Shown: piece by piece, positions 1 through 9,645 of the stretch
How the letters are laid out: the number at the start of each line of letters is the position of its first letter
Position numbering within the stretch: the stretch's first letter is position 1
From: Methanotrichaceae archaeon
GTDB lineage: Archaea > Halobacteriota > Methanosarcinia > Methanotrichales > Methanotrichaceae
Direction of reading: 5' to 3'
Assembly: GCA_963803145.1 (NCBI GenBank)
Contig: CAWDLW010000001.1
Location: 1 to 40,213, forward strand
DNA length: 40,213 nucleotides
Position numbers and translations under genes: made by a program
The notes under the pieces: model-generated
What the model saw: the letters and a program-made list of their open reading frames with translations, nothing else
Database searches by the model: none
What the model was told of the DNA's origin: nothing

Positions 1-260
1 ATGCCGATTTTTGAAGGATCTATGGCCGGGGATGTTAATGACCGCTAAATATAAAATTACTGATAACCTTCAGACCATACTATTCAAGATTAGCCTGTTG
101 ATGCCGATTCTATATTTGCCAATATGTACGGGGTTTGAGGTTCTCTCACGATAGTTCTTCGTTTGCTTATAATCTCTCCAATGCATTGCGGGCATAGTAT
201 TCTATATACAAAGCCAAAGTTTTTTCTACAATAAATAATAAATAATGATCAATTAACTTT

Positions 261-1761
261 ATGGAGAAACACAGTATGAAACGATCCATAATACTTGCGT
301 GTGCATTGGCCGTGTTAATAGGAACATGCAATGCACAGAATGCGACAACAGGAGATGTGAATGCTTTTAAACAGGCCTTAGAAAAGGATGGATTCACTGT
401 ACGAGAGGGCGGATTAGGTTATTTTGATTTTATGAAATTGTATAATATGGGAATATTGCCTTCTGCATATGGGAACAACCCATCCACAAAATATCTGGTA
501 TATCTTGTTCCTCCTGCATCTGGAAAGGTAACTGGAATAATAGCAAATATAATTAAGGCGCTTGGAGTAACTGCGAATATAACTCCGTTCCCTAATCTTC
601 GCGCAGCTTAACTCCTTGTTTTCGTAGGAAAAACACCGCCAGAATGCAGATACTTCAGTCTCGATTATTTTTTAATGGAGAGAACATATGGAAATAAGAC
701 TCGATGGATCTTCGCCAATCTGGTAGATACAATAAACAACCTAAATATCAAGACTGAAGGAACCCCCAATGGGTTGCCTGGGAATCCTTACAATCAAACC
801 ACGATAGTAATCACTACAGCCGATAAAGGCATTGATCAACGCATCCAGGCCGCTGCCCTATCAGCAGGGTATTCGGGCGACATAATAAACACCCAAGTGA
901 TTCCTTCAGCTATGTTTAATATGGGTGTAGAGAACAACTCTGATACATTTGGCGTATTCATCCTGGCTATCTCTATTCGCAGATGAGCGAGCTGGAGATG
1001 CTTACATCGCTAATAAACCCGCCAAAGTCTTCCGTATAACTCCCAATGAATCCACGAAACTGGACCCGTATAATATGCCAGAGATAAGAGTTCGCGGAAC
1101 GGGCAAAACAGAGTTTGATCTTATGCCAGATTTAGAACAGCTTAGGGAAGCGATTCTCAATAAATATGGCAATTTGAATGCCACTGAGCTTCCAAGCTTA
1201 GTCAAGGAGTCCCAGTAGGGAGCGATGGAATTCAGAGAGGAATCGATGCCATAGGCCCTACCAACGATGCATGCTATCTATGGACATCAAACCGAACTGC
1301 CGATTTGCCAACGCCGCCTTTCCCCAATCTCTCGCTATACTATGGTTTCTTGCAGAATCCACCAGTTACTTTGGGCAATGATCCCAATGAGTTTATAATC
1401 GTCTATGGGGTTAACCATGTAGCTACAGGAAAAGCAACATACGAGAACTTCGTACCGTACGGAGCGGATGCATTTAACGGCGTCGGAATGATCACTGACA
1501 CGGATTTCAATGGAACCGCCCAGGAATACCTGCCCGATAATCCCAATGCAAAATACCTCTATGTCTACAAGATCGCCAAGGAATTGCAGTGGTGATCAGC
1601 ATTGCTATAAGCTTCCCTACAATGCAAAAGGTTATGGTATAGATTTGGATCAGCCGCTTTTTATTGGGTGGAGGCTCTACCTGGAAAGGGCTACACAAAC
1701 CGGGCCATCTTACTCAGAGATAGTGTATGATCGGGCCATAAAGTTCAGTCCAAGGAAATAG
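261..1761 (+). pseudogene. Secreted hypothetical protein (~500 aa) broken by one in-frame stop and three frameshifts
   Basis: Five ORF pieces (261-611, 675-986, 949-1218, 1305-1595, 1510-1761) join into one protein-like sequence with an N-terminal signal peptide. TAA at 609-611 is in frame with 675-986; frame changes occur near 963, 1200 and 1578. Consensus error cannot be excluded. Confidence 0.75.
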
Positions 1762-1770
1762 GGTAAATGG

Positions 1771-1800
1771 AGCTGGGATAACAGGGCAAATCCCAGCTTT
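1771..1800 (+). terminator. Hairpin plus short T-run after the 261-1761 gene
   Basis: AGCTGGGAT (1771-1779) pairs perfectly with ATCCCAGCT (1790-1798), which runs into TTT. Confidence 0.5.
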
Positions 1801-1858
1801 AACCATATAACCTGTAAAATTAATGCGGAAATTCTAAAAAGTAGAAAGGAGGATTAGA

Positions 1859-2308
1859 ATGAGAAAATTTTGGCACTTGATATTGTTGGCTTTTTTGGCC
1901 ATGGGGATTTGTACAGCACAGGTTCCAAAGGCACAAGTTCCAAACCTAGTTGGAAACTGGTCTGGTTCTGAAAATGGATATTTTGCATCAAACGGATCAT
2001 ATAAACTGGTAGAAAATCTGAGCGTTAATCTTGCTATCGTTGAACAGAAGGATCGCCTCTTTACGGGAAATCTAACATTTCCGTCTGAAAACGGAACAAA
2101 AATTACCGAAGACTTATCTGGCGTAATTGGCTTAGATAACAAAACGCTTTACATTGCTGAATTTAAAGACGGATATGACCTAGGGACAATCATTTCCGAT
2201 AGCAAGATTGAGCTGATATATCTTCAGGAAGGCAAAATGGGAGGGACTTTGCTTTATGATCTTCACCGGATGACCAATCCTTTCCAAAATGTCAAAGGGA
2301 TAAGATAA
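1859..2308 (+). CDS. Secreted hypothetical protein, probably beta-rich
   Basis: GGAGGA ribosome-binding site, signal peptide MRKFWHLILLAFLAMGICTA, VPNLVGNWSG start of the mature part, several N-x-S/T sequons. Confidence 0.8.
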   Translation: MRKFWHLILLAFLAMGICTAQVPKAQVPNLVGNWSGSENGYFASNGSYKLVENLSVNLAIVEQKDRLFTGNLTFPSENGTKITEDLSGVIGLDNKTLYIAEFKDGYDLGTIISDSKIELIYLQEGKMGGTLLYDLHRMTNPFQNVKGIR

Positions 2309-2658
2309 TAAAAGTATGTGTAACCTCCAAATTCACCTTTTCATTTTTCGAACCTTATGGCCAGAATACAATTTACAAATATGTTCTTCGATCAAATATG
2401 CTAAGGATGCGCGATCCAGATTCTATGTTTGATTACTTGTAATCGCCAGGTACTATAATCAACTTACTGCCTAAAGATATTGGTTTTAGAGTAATGTTTA
2501 CGTGCGGGTGATAGATTCTCGCACGTTTTGTTGGCTTAACAATTTATGCCAGAAGAGCGCATATAACAGTCTGACGTATATGTATTGGGAACAACATTAT
2601 ATGCAATAGGACTCTTCTAACCACAATTGATAAAACGGTTGAAGATCTATCCAAATAT

Positions 2659-3564
2659 ATGAAAAACATTAAAATGTTCTATATATTATCTTTGATAGCA
2701 TTACTGCTTGTAGTCTCTTCTTTTGGAGGACTAGCAGAACCAAATACATCTGTAAACATGAACACCACCGCTCTAAAAGAACTGGTGATAAATTCAGAGA
2801 ACAACTTAAATTCCTATAGCTTAACCCTGTCTGAAAATGAAGACGTAATGATCGTCAACTCTACCAGTGGCAATACGACCTCCCGGGTCAACATACAGAC
2901 TCTAGGGGCTGGCGCTATCAATCGCACTAGCAAATCAGCGAAGATAGTCATTGCCTCCCTCGTTCTGCCGATAGGAGATATTGTGGATGCTGCTACCATA
3001 TCGGCAGAAGTATACTATATCAATGATACTTTATACAGCGAGGCTGACGGAAATTGGACTGCGATGAAGCTGACTTTGCCCGGAGCCTTTGGAACCAATC
3101 AGGACATGATGAGACAAACTGCGATGCTATTGAATGCATCCACTATCAGACTTGTAGGTATTGAGGCCATAAATGGCGAAAGGTACTACGTTGTAGAGGT
3201 ATCTCCCGAGAGCAGTGCAATCTCTTCCTATTTCGAACAGGAGCTTGGTTCTATCAGCTCTATGATTCCCCAGAGCATCGAGAACCTCAGTCATCTCTTC
3301 AATAATACTCAACTCAGATATGTCCTCTGGATAAATACGGCCAGCTATCTCCCATCGCAGACGTTTGCCATTGTAAACATTACGACCACGCCCGGAATGC
3401 TCGGCTATCCGGGAGGGAATAGCACGGAAATTTACATCAACTCCTCCGACACAGTGAGGTTCAGCGATTTGAATAAAACAACAAATATAGTGCTTCCTGA
3501 GGCCGCAAAGAGGGCAGAGATATTGCCTTTAAACAGCTCCGGCATGTCAGTGGCAATGCCTTAA
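2659..3564 (+). CDS. Secreted glycoprotein, DUF6612/LppX-LprAFG-like
   Basis: Signal peptide; EVYYINDTLY, G.E.ING..YYVVEV, LWINT..YLP and C-terminal FSDLNKTTNIVLPEAAK patterns; many sequons. Family assigned from memory of the pattern. Confidence 0.65.
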   Translation: MKNIKMFYILSLIALLLVVSSFGGLAEPNTSVNMNTTALKELVINSENNLNSYSLTLSENEDVMIVNSTSGNTTSRVNIQTLGAGAINRTSKSAKIVIASLVLPIGDIVDAATISAEVYYINDTLYSEADGNWTAMKLTLPGAFGTNQDMMRQTAMLLNASTIRLVGIEAINGERYYVVEVSPESSAISSYFEQELGSISSMIPQSIENLSHLFNNTQLRYVLWINTASYLPSQTFAIVNITTTPGMLGYPGGNSTEIYINSSDTVRFSDLNKTTNIVLPEAAKRAEILPLNSSGMSVAMP

Positions 3565-3583
3565 GTCCAGAGGATCAGCAGAG

Positions 3584-3644
3584 AATATGGCCCTTCCGAT
3601 GATGAAAACCAGAAAATAAGAATGATCGAGGGTAGGGCCATATT
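3584..3644. repeat. Inverted repeat (11-bp perfect arms) after the 2659-3564 gene
   Basis: AATATGGCCCT (3584-3594) and AGGGCCATATT (3634-3644). Confidence 0.6.
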
Positions 3645-4011
3645 TGCCCAGGTATGTATAACCTGATTCCTGCCATCCTTATTTTCCATCGACTATAGGG
3701 CTGGAAACAATTTCATAAACATCTTTCCGATCTACCAAGGCCAGTGTGTGCGCTCATGACCATATAGCACCATTTTTTTGTTTTAGCTGCTGCCGAAAAA
3801 TCGTCATGGGGAATTTATCGAAAATTTATTTCATAAAGTATGTGAACGATGAGTTATCTAAAACGCTAGTTAAGCCAATTTTAATAGTTCTTCAAGTTGT
3901 ATAATTTACCATGGCTAACCGGAGGGATGAATACGTTCAACCTCAAATACATCCTATGATATTTCTCATGTACCAAAAGCTCCATCAACCCCTCGAACAA
4001 TTCTTTTTTCC

Positions 4012-5352
4012 ATGGCTATTCATCCGATTGATTTCAGGTACGGCACTCCCGAGATGAAGCAGATCTGGGAGGAAGATTTCAGATTAAAATGCCTTTTCAA
4101 AGTAGAGGCAGCTCTGGCGAAGGCCGAAGAAGAGGTTGGACTGATCCCAAAGGGCGCGAGCAGTGCAATCGCATGTGCAGCCTCGGCGGCAAGCCCTGAA
4201 CGAGCAAAGCAGATTGAGGATGAGATCGGCCACGACATGATGGCTGTCGTCCTGGCGATGGCAGAGGTCTGCCCCGACTACGGAGAATGGATCCATCTCG
4301 GCGCGACCTCAAACGATATATTGGATACGGCCACAGGCCTGCAGATCAAAGCGTCACTCGGCATCCTTGAGCCCAAGCTGAAGAGGCTTCTCTCAATACT
4401 TTTAGACATGGCAATGAAGAATAAAAATCTCGTCTGCGCAGGCAGGACTCACGGCCAGATCGCAGTTCCAACGACCTATGGTCTTCGGTTCGCGATCTGG
4501 GCATCAGAGATCGCCAGGCATATCGATAGGCTTCAGCAGCTCCGACCACGTGTAGAGGTTGGCAAGATGAGCGGAGCCGTCGGAACTCAGGCCGCCTACG
4601 GTCCTCACGGCATGGAGATCCAGAAGATGGCCATAGAATATCTTGGCCTCAACGAGGTTGATGTCTCTAATCAGGTCATTCAAAGAGATAGACATGCAGA
4701 GATGATCTGCTGGATGGCGCTCGTTGCCTCAACGCTGGATAAGATCTTCGTTGAGATCAGGACTCTACAAAGAACTGAGATAGCAGAGGTTGAAGAGGGC
4801 TTCGGCAAAAAGCAGGTCGGCTCAAGCACAATGCCACATAAACGAAACCCGATAAAGTCTGAGCAGATATGCGGCCTGTCAAGAATCGTCCGCGCGCAGG
4901 TGCTGCCGGCATTTGAGAACATACCTCTCTGGGATGAGCGCGACCTCACGAACTCGAGCTGCGAGCGAGTGGAGTTTCCGGAGGCATTCGTCCTAACGGA
5001 CCACCTGCTCACCCTCGCATCACGTGTCCTATCCAACCTGAGGCTGCGGCATGAGAACATTGAGAGGAACTTAAACCTTCTTCACGGCTTGAACATGGCT
5101 GAGAATGTGATGGTTGAGCTTGCGAAGAAAGGTGTTGGACGCCAGCAGGCACATGAGATTATGAGAAAAGCATCGATGAAGGCATTTGAGGAGAAACGAG
5201 AGCTTGCTGATGTGCTGCTTGAGGAGAAGGTCGTAACTGAGCACCTCTCGCCTGAAGTGATAGGGAGCCTTCTTGATCCCCATAAGTACATTGGCACTGC
5301 GGTTGAGCAGGTTGAGAGGCTTAACTCAAAGTTACAGCGCTATCTTCAGTAG
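4012..5352 (+). CDS. purB: Adenylosuccinate lyase
   Basis: Fumarate-lyase signature GSSTMPHKRNP, plus IHLGATSNDI and GRTHGQ.A.PTT. Confidence 0.97.
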   Translation: MAIHPIDFRYGTPEMKQIWEEDFRLKCLFKVEAALAKAEEEVGLIPKGASSAIACAASAASPERAKQIEDEIGHDMMAVVLAMAEVCPDYGEWIHLGATSNDILDTATGLQIKASLGILEPKLKRLLSILLDMAMKNKNLVCAGRTHGQIAVPTTYGLRFAIWASEIARHIDRLQQLRPRVEVGKMSGAVGTQAAYGPHGMEIQKMAIEYLGLNEVDVSNQVIQRDRHAEMICWMALVASTLDKIFVEIRTLQRTEIAEVEEGFGKKQVGSSTMPHKRNPIKSEQICGLSRIVRAQVLPAFENIPLWDERDLTNSSCERVEFPEAFVLTDHLLTLASRVLSNLRLRHENIERNLNLLHGLNMAENVMVELAKKGVGRQQAHEIMRKASMKAFEEKRELADVLLEEKVVTEHLSPEVIGSLLDPHKYIGTAVEQVERLNSKLQRYLQ

Positions 5353-5476
5353 CGCTGTTGCGGTAGCCGGAATCAATGCAGTAAGGATGTGGCAGCGATG
5401 CAATAACGATGCAATAACAATGAAATTGTATCGGCAAGGGTAATGGTAATATCCGGCTACATCCTTCTTTTGTACA

Positions 5477-6097
5477 ATGCCCAGAGTGTTTCTCCTAAAG
5501 CCGGGATCAATCATCAGGGACGAATCCGGCGCAATTTTGGATGCAAGATCGTCAGTAACACTTGTAGTTTCCGGATCTAAAAAAATAATAGTGGATACTG
5601 GTCTTATGGGCGAGGAGAGACAAATTACTGAAGCCCTCGCTAAAAGGGGCATGAAGCCTGAGGATATAGATTTCCTGGTGAATACTCATTCTCATCCGGA
5701 TCATTGCGGCACCAATTATCTCTTTTCAAAGGCTAAGCTTTTGTATCCTAAGGAAGGCCAGATAATAGCTCCGGGGGTTAGTGTTATCGAGACGCCCGGC
5801 CACACATTAGACAGCATATCGGTGATCGTGGATACCGCCGACAGCATTGTGGGCTATGTACAGGACAGTAAACCAATGGATGGAAAGCGCATGCTGATAA
5901 AAAAACTAGCAATAGCAGGCGATGCTCTGCCAACCTTCAACAATTTTATCAAAAACGTTCCCCCAGCACTTCACGTGGACAGAACGATGGCAGTCTTGAG
6001 CATGGCTAGAATCGTAAGTATCGCGGATGCTGTTATTCCCGGACACGACCTGCCCTTCTCCATATCGGAAAGGAAATATATAAAGTTATTAGATTGA
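5477..6097 (+). CDS. Metallo-beta-lactamase fold hydrolase
   Basis: IIVDTG, THSHPDH, TPGHT, AGDA and IPGHD metal-binding motifs. Confidence 0.9.
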   Translation: MPRVFLLKPGSIIRDESGAILDARSSVTLVVSGSKKIIVDTGLMGEERQITEALAKRGMKPEDIDFLVNTHSHPDHCGTNYLFSKAKLLYPKEGQIIAPGVSVIETPGHTLDSISVIVDTADSIVGYVQDSKPMDGKRMLIKKLAIAGDALPTFNNFIKNVPPALHVDRTMAVLSMARIVSIADAVIPGHDLPFSISERKYIKLLD

Positions 6098-6238
6098 ATC
6101 CAAAATGCTGCATCGCAGTTATCGAATTGAAATTCGACAAAACTACTACTCCTTATCAGTCATATCTTCAGAAATGTTCTATATAGAAATCTAAGAAAAA
6201 GCAATCTATAAATACGTTGAAAAGTATATCTCTCCTTG

Positions 6239-7300
6239 ATGCAGCTAAAATTAACATCAAAGGAGAGATTAGTTCTTTACGGTCTTGCCAGATATCCTGG
6301 TTTCAGCGACATAGATCTCGCTTCAAATATTGGCGTGGATAGATCTACAATATTCAAAAGCAAACGTAAATTCAGAGACTGGCAACTGATCAAGCTTCTT
6401 AACGTTCCTTCAGGAGAAGCCGTAGGTGCAGAAATTCTGACAGCAGTCTTCGTCAAATATAAGCCTACAGCGCCCTTTGAAACAAGACAAGGAGCGGATG
6501 CTTCTGGAAAGTGGATAAATTATCCAAACTGCGTCTCACATACTGCTACTGATACAGATTCGGTCTCTATGTTTTACTCAAAGAGTCTTACTGATTTCAA
6601 GGTCAACTTTGATCCTCTTATAGACGAATATTACCTGAAGAACTTCGTAGATGATATCGAATACATTCATTATCCATTCCAGACATCAAACTACTCATCT
6701 GATGCTGCCCTGGCTGTAAATGGCATCTTCGATCTCGGCAGAGCAGACCTGCCAGAAGAGATCACATCTTCTGTGCATCCTTCCGCCGAGGACTCAAAGC
6801 TTACTGAGAAGGATAAGCTCACACTCTATGCATTCGTAAAGTATCCCATGCTCTCGGATCTCGAGCTTTCTCGCAGAACAGGTATATCCAGGCCTACAAT
6901 TTCCGGCAAAAGGACAAAGTTCTTCCAGAGCGGCCTTCTCATGCGCGAGGCATACATCGATTGGAAGAAGATCTGCTGCGAGCTCATGTCCTTCTATCGC
7001 GTCAAAATCCGCCACGGTCATGACAGGGAAGATCTAGCGAAGGTTCACAATGCCTTCCGCAGAATCGGGGCTCCACTATTCAGCTATCTTCAGCCGGGAG
7101 AGATATTCGGCGCATTTCTCTCAACAGGCTATCCTGAGTTAAAGAGCCGTATGGATAAGGAGATAAGGGCATTATCCTCTGAGGATCTGATAAGAGGTAA
7201 TCCAATTCTCACGATTATGCCGCTCGGCGAGATTAAGTACACTAGTGTCGATTATGCTCCAATGGTTGCAAAGATGCTTGGCATAGGCAAGGAGATATGA
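6239..7300 (+). CDS. Internally duplicated wHTH (Lrp/AsnC-like) transcriptional regulator
   Basis: Two homologous HTH segments (LTSKERLVLYGLARYPGFSDIDLASNIGVDRSTI and LTEKDKLTLYAFVKYPMLSDLELSRRTGISRPTI), each followed by a ~120-aa domain. ATGA overlap with the next gene. Confidence 0.75.
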   Translation: MQLKLTSKERLVLYGLARYPGFSDIDLASNIGVDRSTIFKSKRKFRDWQLIKLLNVPSGEAVGAEILTAVFVKYKPTAPFETRQGADASGKWINYPNCVSHTATDTDSVSMFYSKSLTDFKVNFDPLIDEYYLKNFVDDIEYIHYPFQTSNYSSDAALAVNGIFDLGRADLPEEITSSVHPSAEDSKLTEKDKLTLYAFVKYPMLSDLELSRRTGISRPTISGKRTKFFQSGLLMREAYIDWKKICCELMSFYRVKIRHGHDREDLAKVHNAFRRIGAPLFSYLQPGEIFGAFLSTGYPELKSRMDKEIRALSSEDLIRGNPILTIMPLGEIKYTSVDYAPMVAKMLGIGKEI

Positions 7301-8136
7301 ACGATGAGGTTGCCATAATCTGCTCCACGGCAGACCTGGCTAGCCTCAATATACTTCAGCATCTTCACGAGCTGGCTTCCTGGGAAAAACATGAGGATTA
7401 TGAATCCTCAGGCCCATTCAGACTTATTGTCCATAGTGAACGGCAGATCACACTTCATTGCCTTGATGCCCGGCTGACTGCGTTGGGCTTACATCCAAAA
7501 CTGATTATTTTTGCAAGCAGGCATAAATCTGAAAGTGGCAAGCCCTGGCTGGGAGGACATTTTACAGGCGAAAAAGTAGATGAAGAGCTTGAGTTGTCAG
7601 CGGCTGCACCATCTGGCCTTAGATCTTTCCTTCATAATATAGCTGATAACACCCCTGAAGGCTTCGAAATATCGGCTGAGGCCACTCACCACGGCCCGAC
7701 TGACTTGACCACTCCATCCTTCTTCGCAGAGATAGGAAGCAGTGAGCAGCAATGGCAGGACCCACAGGCAGGAAAGGCAGTGTCAAGGGCGATACTCGAC
7801 ATTGAGTTATCTGACTTTCCGGTCTTTCTTGGATTTGGAGGAGGACATTACGTCCCGCGGCAGACAAGCCTAATGTTTGAGGCAAATATTTCTTTTGGCC
7901 ACCTCTTCTCAAGTTACCAGCTGGGCAATCTGGATACGGATATCATCTTAGAGGCACAGCGCAAATCAGGAGCAGAGTATGCCTATATCGATAGAAAATC
8001 TATGCGATCAGGCGAAAGGCACTGGATCTCCGAGATGCTGGATAGCATCGGCATTCCAATTCTCAGAAGCAAGGAAATTCGCACAAAGTTCCCTGCTGCG
8101 AAGAAGGATATGCCCTTGAACGCTTCAGTTGAATAG
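7297..8136 (+). CDS. dtdA: Archaeal D-aminoacyl-tRNA deacylase (DTD2)
   Basis: FASRH.S, EATHHGPT, F.EIGS.E.QW.D and GFGGGHY motifs. Confidence 0.93.
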   Translation: MNDEVAIICSTADLASLNILQHLHELASWEKHEDYESSGPFRLIVHSERQITLHCLDARLTALGLHPKLIIFASRHKSESGKPWLGGHFTGEKVDEELELSAAAPSGLRSFLHNIADNTPEGFEISAEATHHGPTDLTTPSFFAEIGSSEQQWQDPQAGKAVSRAILDIELSDFPVFLGFGGGHYVPRQTSLMFEANISFGHLFSSYQLGNLDTDIILEAQRKSGAEYAYIDRKSMRSGERHWISEMLDSIGIPILRSKEIRTKFPAAKKDMPLNASVE

Positions 8137-8435
8137 ACTATTGATGATTACTGAACAGATAAGTTTATAGTCCCATTAATTTATAAGGAGATACTAATAA
8201 GGAACATCGTTTTCTAAAGTCTTATAATGCAGATGCTATTTTCCTTTTATGTTAAAAATGTTTGTTGTAATTCTAGAAAAAGTAAACTTAAAGACCTATA
8301 TTTTGTGTAATATATTGCTATAAAATAGCACAAAGCCTCACAAAGGATATATACCACTAAGAGCGATAACTAATTGATAACTCTATATTAAAAAAAATCC
8401 TGTTTGCCATACACATCGGGCGTCCTGAGGCATTG

Positions 8436-8793
8436 ATGTCAGAATTGGCGGAACGCATACTTGCAAAAGGTTCCATAGAGGAGAAGGCCATAGAGCTTAT
8501 AAGCTCCAAGACAGACGGTTTGTACCAATCGGAGCTGAGAAAGCTTCTGGGCATCAATAGCAGCTGCTGTTCAAAGATCGTACTGAGTCTAGAACGCGAG
8601 AGGGTCATATGCAGAGAGAAACCCTCGACAGGTGACCGTCGTACCTATCGGATAATGCTGAGCAGTCCAGTCAGCGATAGTCAAATCAGCGATGTTGAAA
8701 TTAAGCATTTCGGCAAAATATCCCCTCCACCTAACATCGATACATACTTAACTGAAATATATCTGCTATACCTCATGCGCAGCAGAGAGATAG
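8436..8793 (+). CDS. Small wHTH (MarR-like) regulator; true 3' end uncertain, as the open frame runs to 9140
   Basis: GLYQSELRKLLGINSSCCSKIVLSLERERVICRE HTH segment. After ~YLLYLMRS the frame overlaps the next gene; an off-frame TAG at 8791 follows an AG repeat. Confidence 0.6.
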
Positions 8794-8814
8794 GCTGCCC
8801 CGAAGAGGACTTGA

Positions 8815-9645
8815 ATGAAGGTTTTTCTAGAGATACTGCGACCTATGAATTGCCTGATGGCAGGAGTAGCGGCGATAATAGGGTTATTGATTGCAGCCGG
8901 ATGGAAGATCGAGACTGCCACGCTGATCTTTCTAGCCGTGTTCCTGATAACGGGCGCGGGAAACTCAGTGAACGACTTCTTCGACCGCGAGATAGATGCA
9001 GTCAACCGACCGAAGAGGCCAATTCCCAGCGGGCGGATCAGCTCAGACGCTGCTCTGAGATGGTCATTGGCGCTATTCGTAAGCGGTTGCGCTCTCGCTG
9101 GCCTAGTAAATCGATTCTGCCTGGGCTTGGCATTAGTTAGCTCGGTTCTCCTCTTCTTTTATGCCAGAAACCTCAAGGCAATGCCTCTGGCCGGCAACCT
9201 ATGCGTTGCCTATCTGACGGGCTCAACATTCATCTTCGGCGGGGCAGCATTCGGCTATAAGGGGATGGAGGCAAACATCATACCGTTCTTTCTATCATTC
9301 CTTGCAACAATGAGCAGGGAGATCGCCAAGGCGATAGAGGATATCGAGGGAGACCGCCAGGGCAATGCTAGGACTTTGCCTATTTTAGCAGGCGAGAGAG
9401 CATCAGGCGTTCTGGCCATCGCATTTGCTGCTGTCGCCATTTGTCTAAGCTACCTAGCGCCATTTGGAAGGGCATACATTGCAATAGTAAGCTTGGCAGA
9501 CATCTTCTTCATTGTATCGATAATAAAAATAGTAAAAGGCGATGCCTCAGGTGCTCAGCGTGCTCTGAAGCTGGGAATGGCCGTTGCGCTTGCATCCTTT
9601 TTAGCCGCAGCGCTAACACAAAACGCCTATTTGTGGGTGAAGTAG
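8815..9645 (+). CDS. Digeranylgeranylglyceryl phosphate synthase (UbiA family)
   Basis: LRP.NCLMAG, NDFFDREIDAVNRPKRPIPSGRIS and REIAK.IEDIEGD motifs; multiple transmembrane helices. Confidence 0.93.
   Translation: MKVFLEILRPMNCLMAGVAAIIGLLIAAGWKIETATLIFLAVFLITGAGNSVNDFFDREIDAVNRPKRPIPSGRISSDAALRWSLALFVSGCALAGLVNRFCLGLALVSSVLLFFYARNLKAMPLAGNLCVAYLTGSTFIFGGAAFGYKGMEANIIPFFLSFLATMSREIAKAIEDIEGDRQGNARTLPILAGERASGVLAIAFAAVAICLSYLAPFGRAYIAIVSLADIFFIVSIIKIVKGDASGAQRALKLGMAVALASFLAAALTQNAYLWVK

Noticed and set aside
1216-1218. TAG as a pyrrolysine codon
   Set aside because: The protein-like continuation lies in another frame, so the TAG results from an upstream frameshift. Thg1 here also has no internal TAG.
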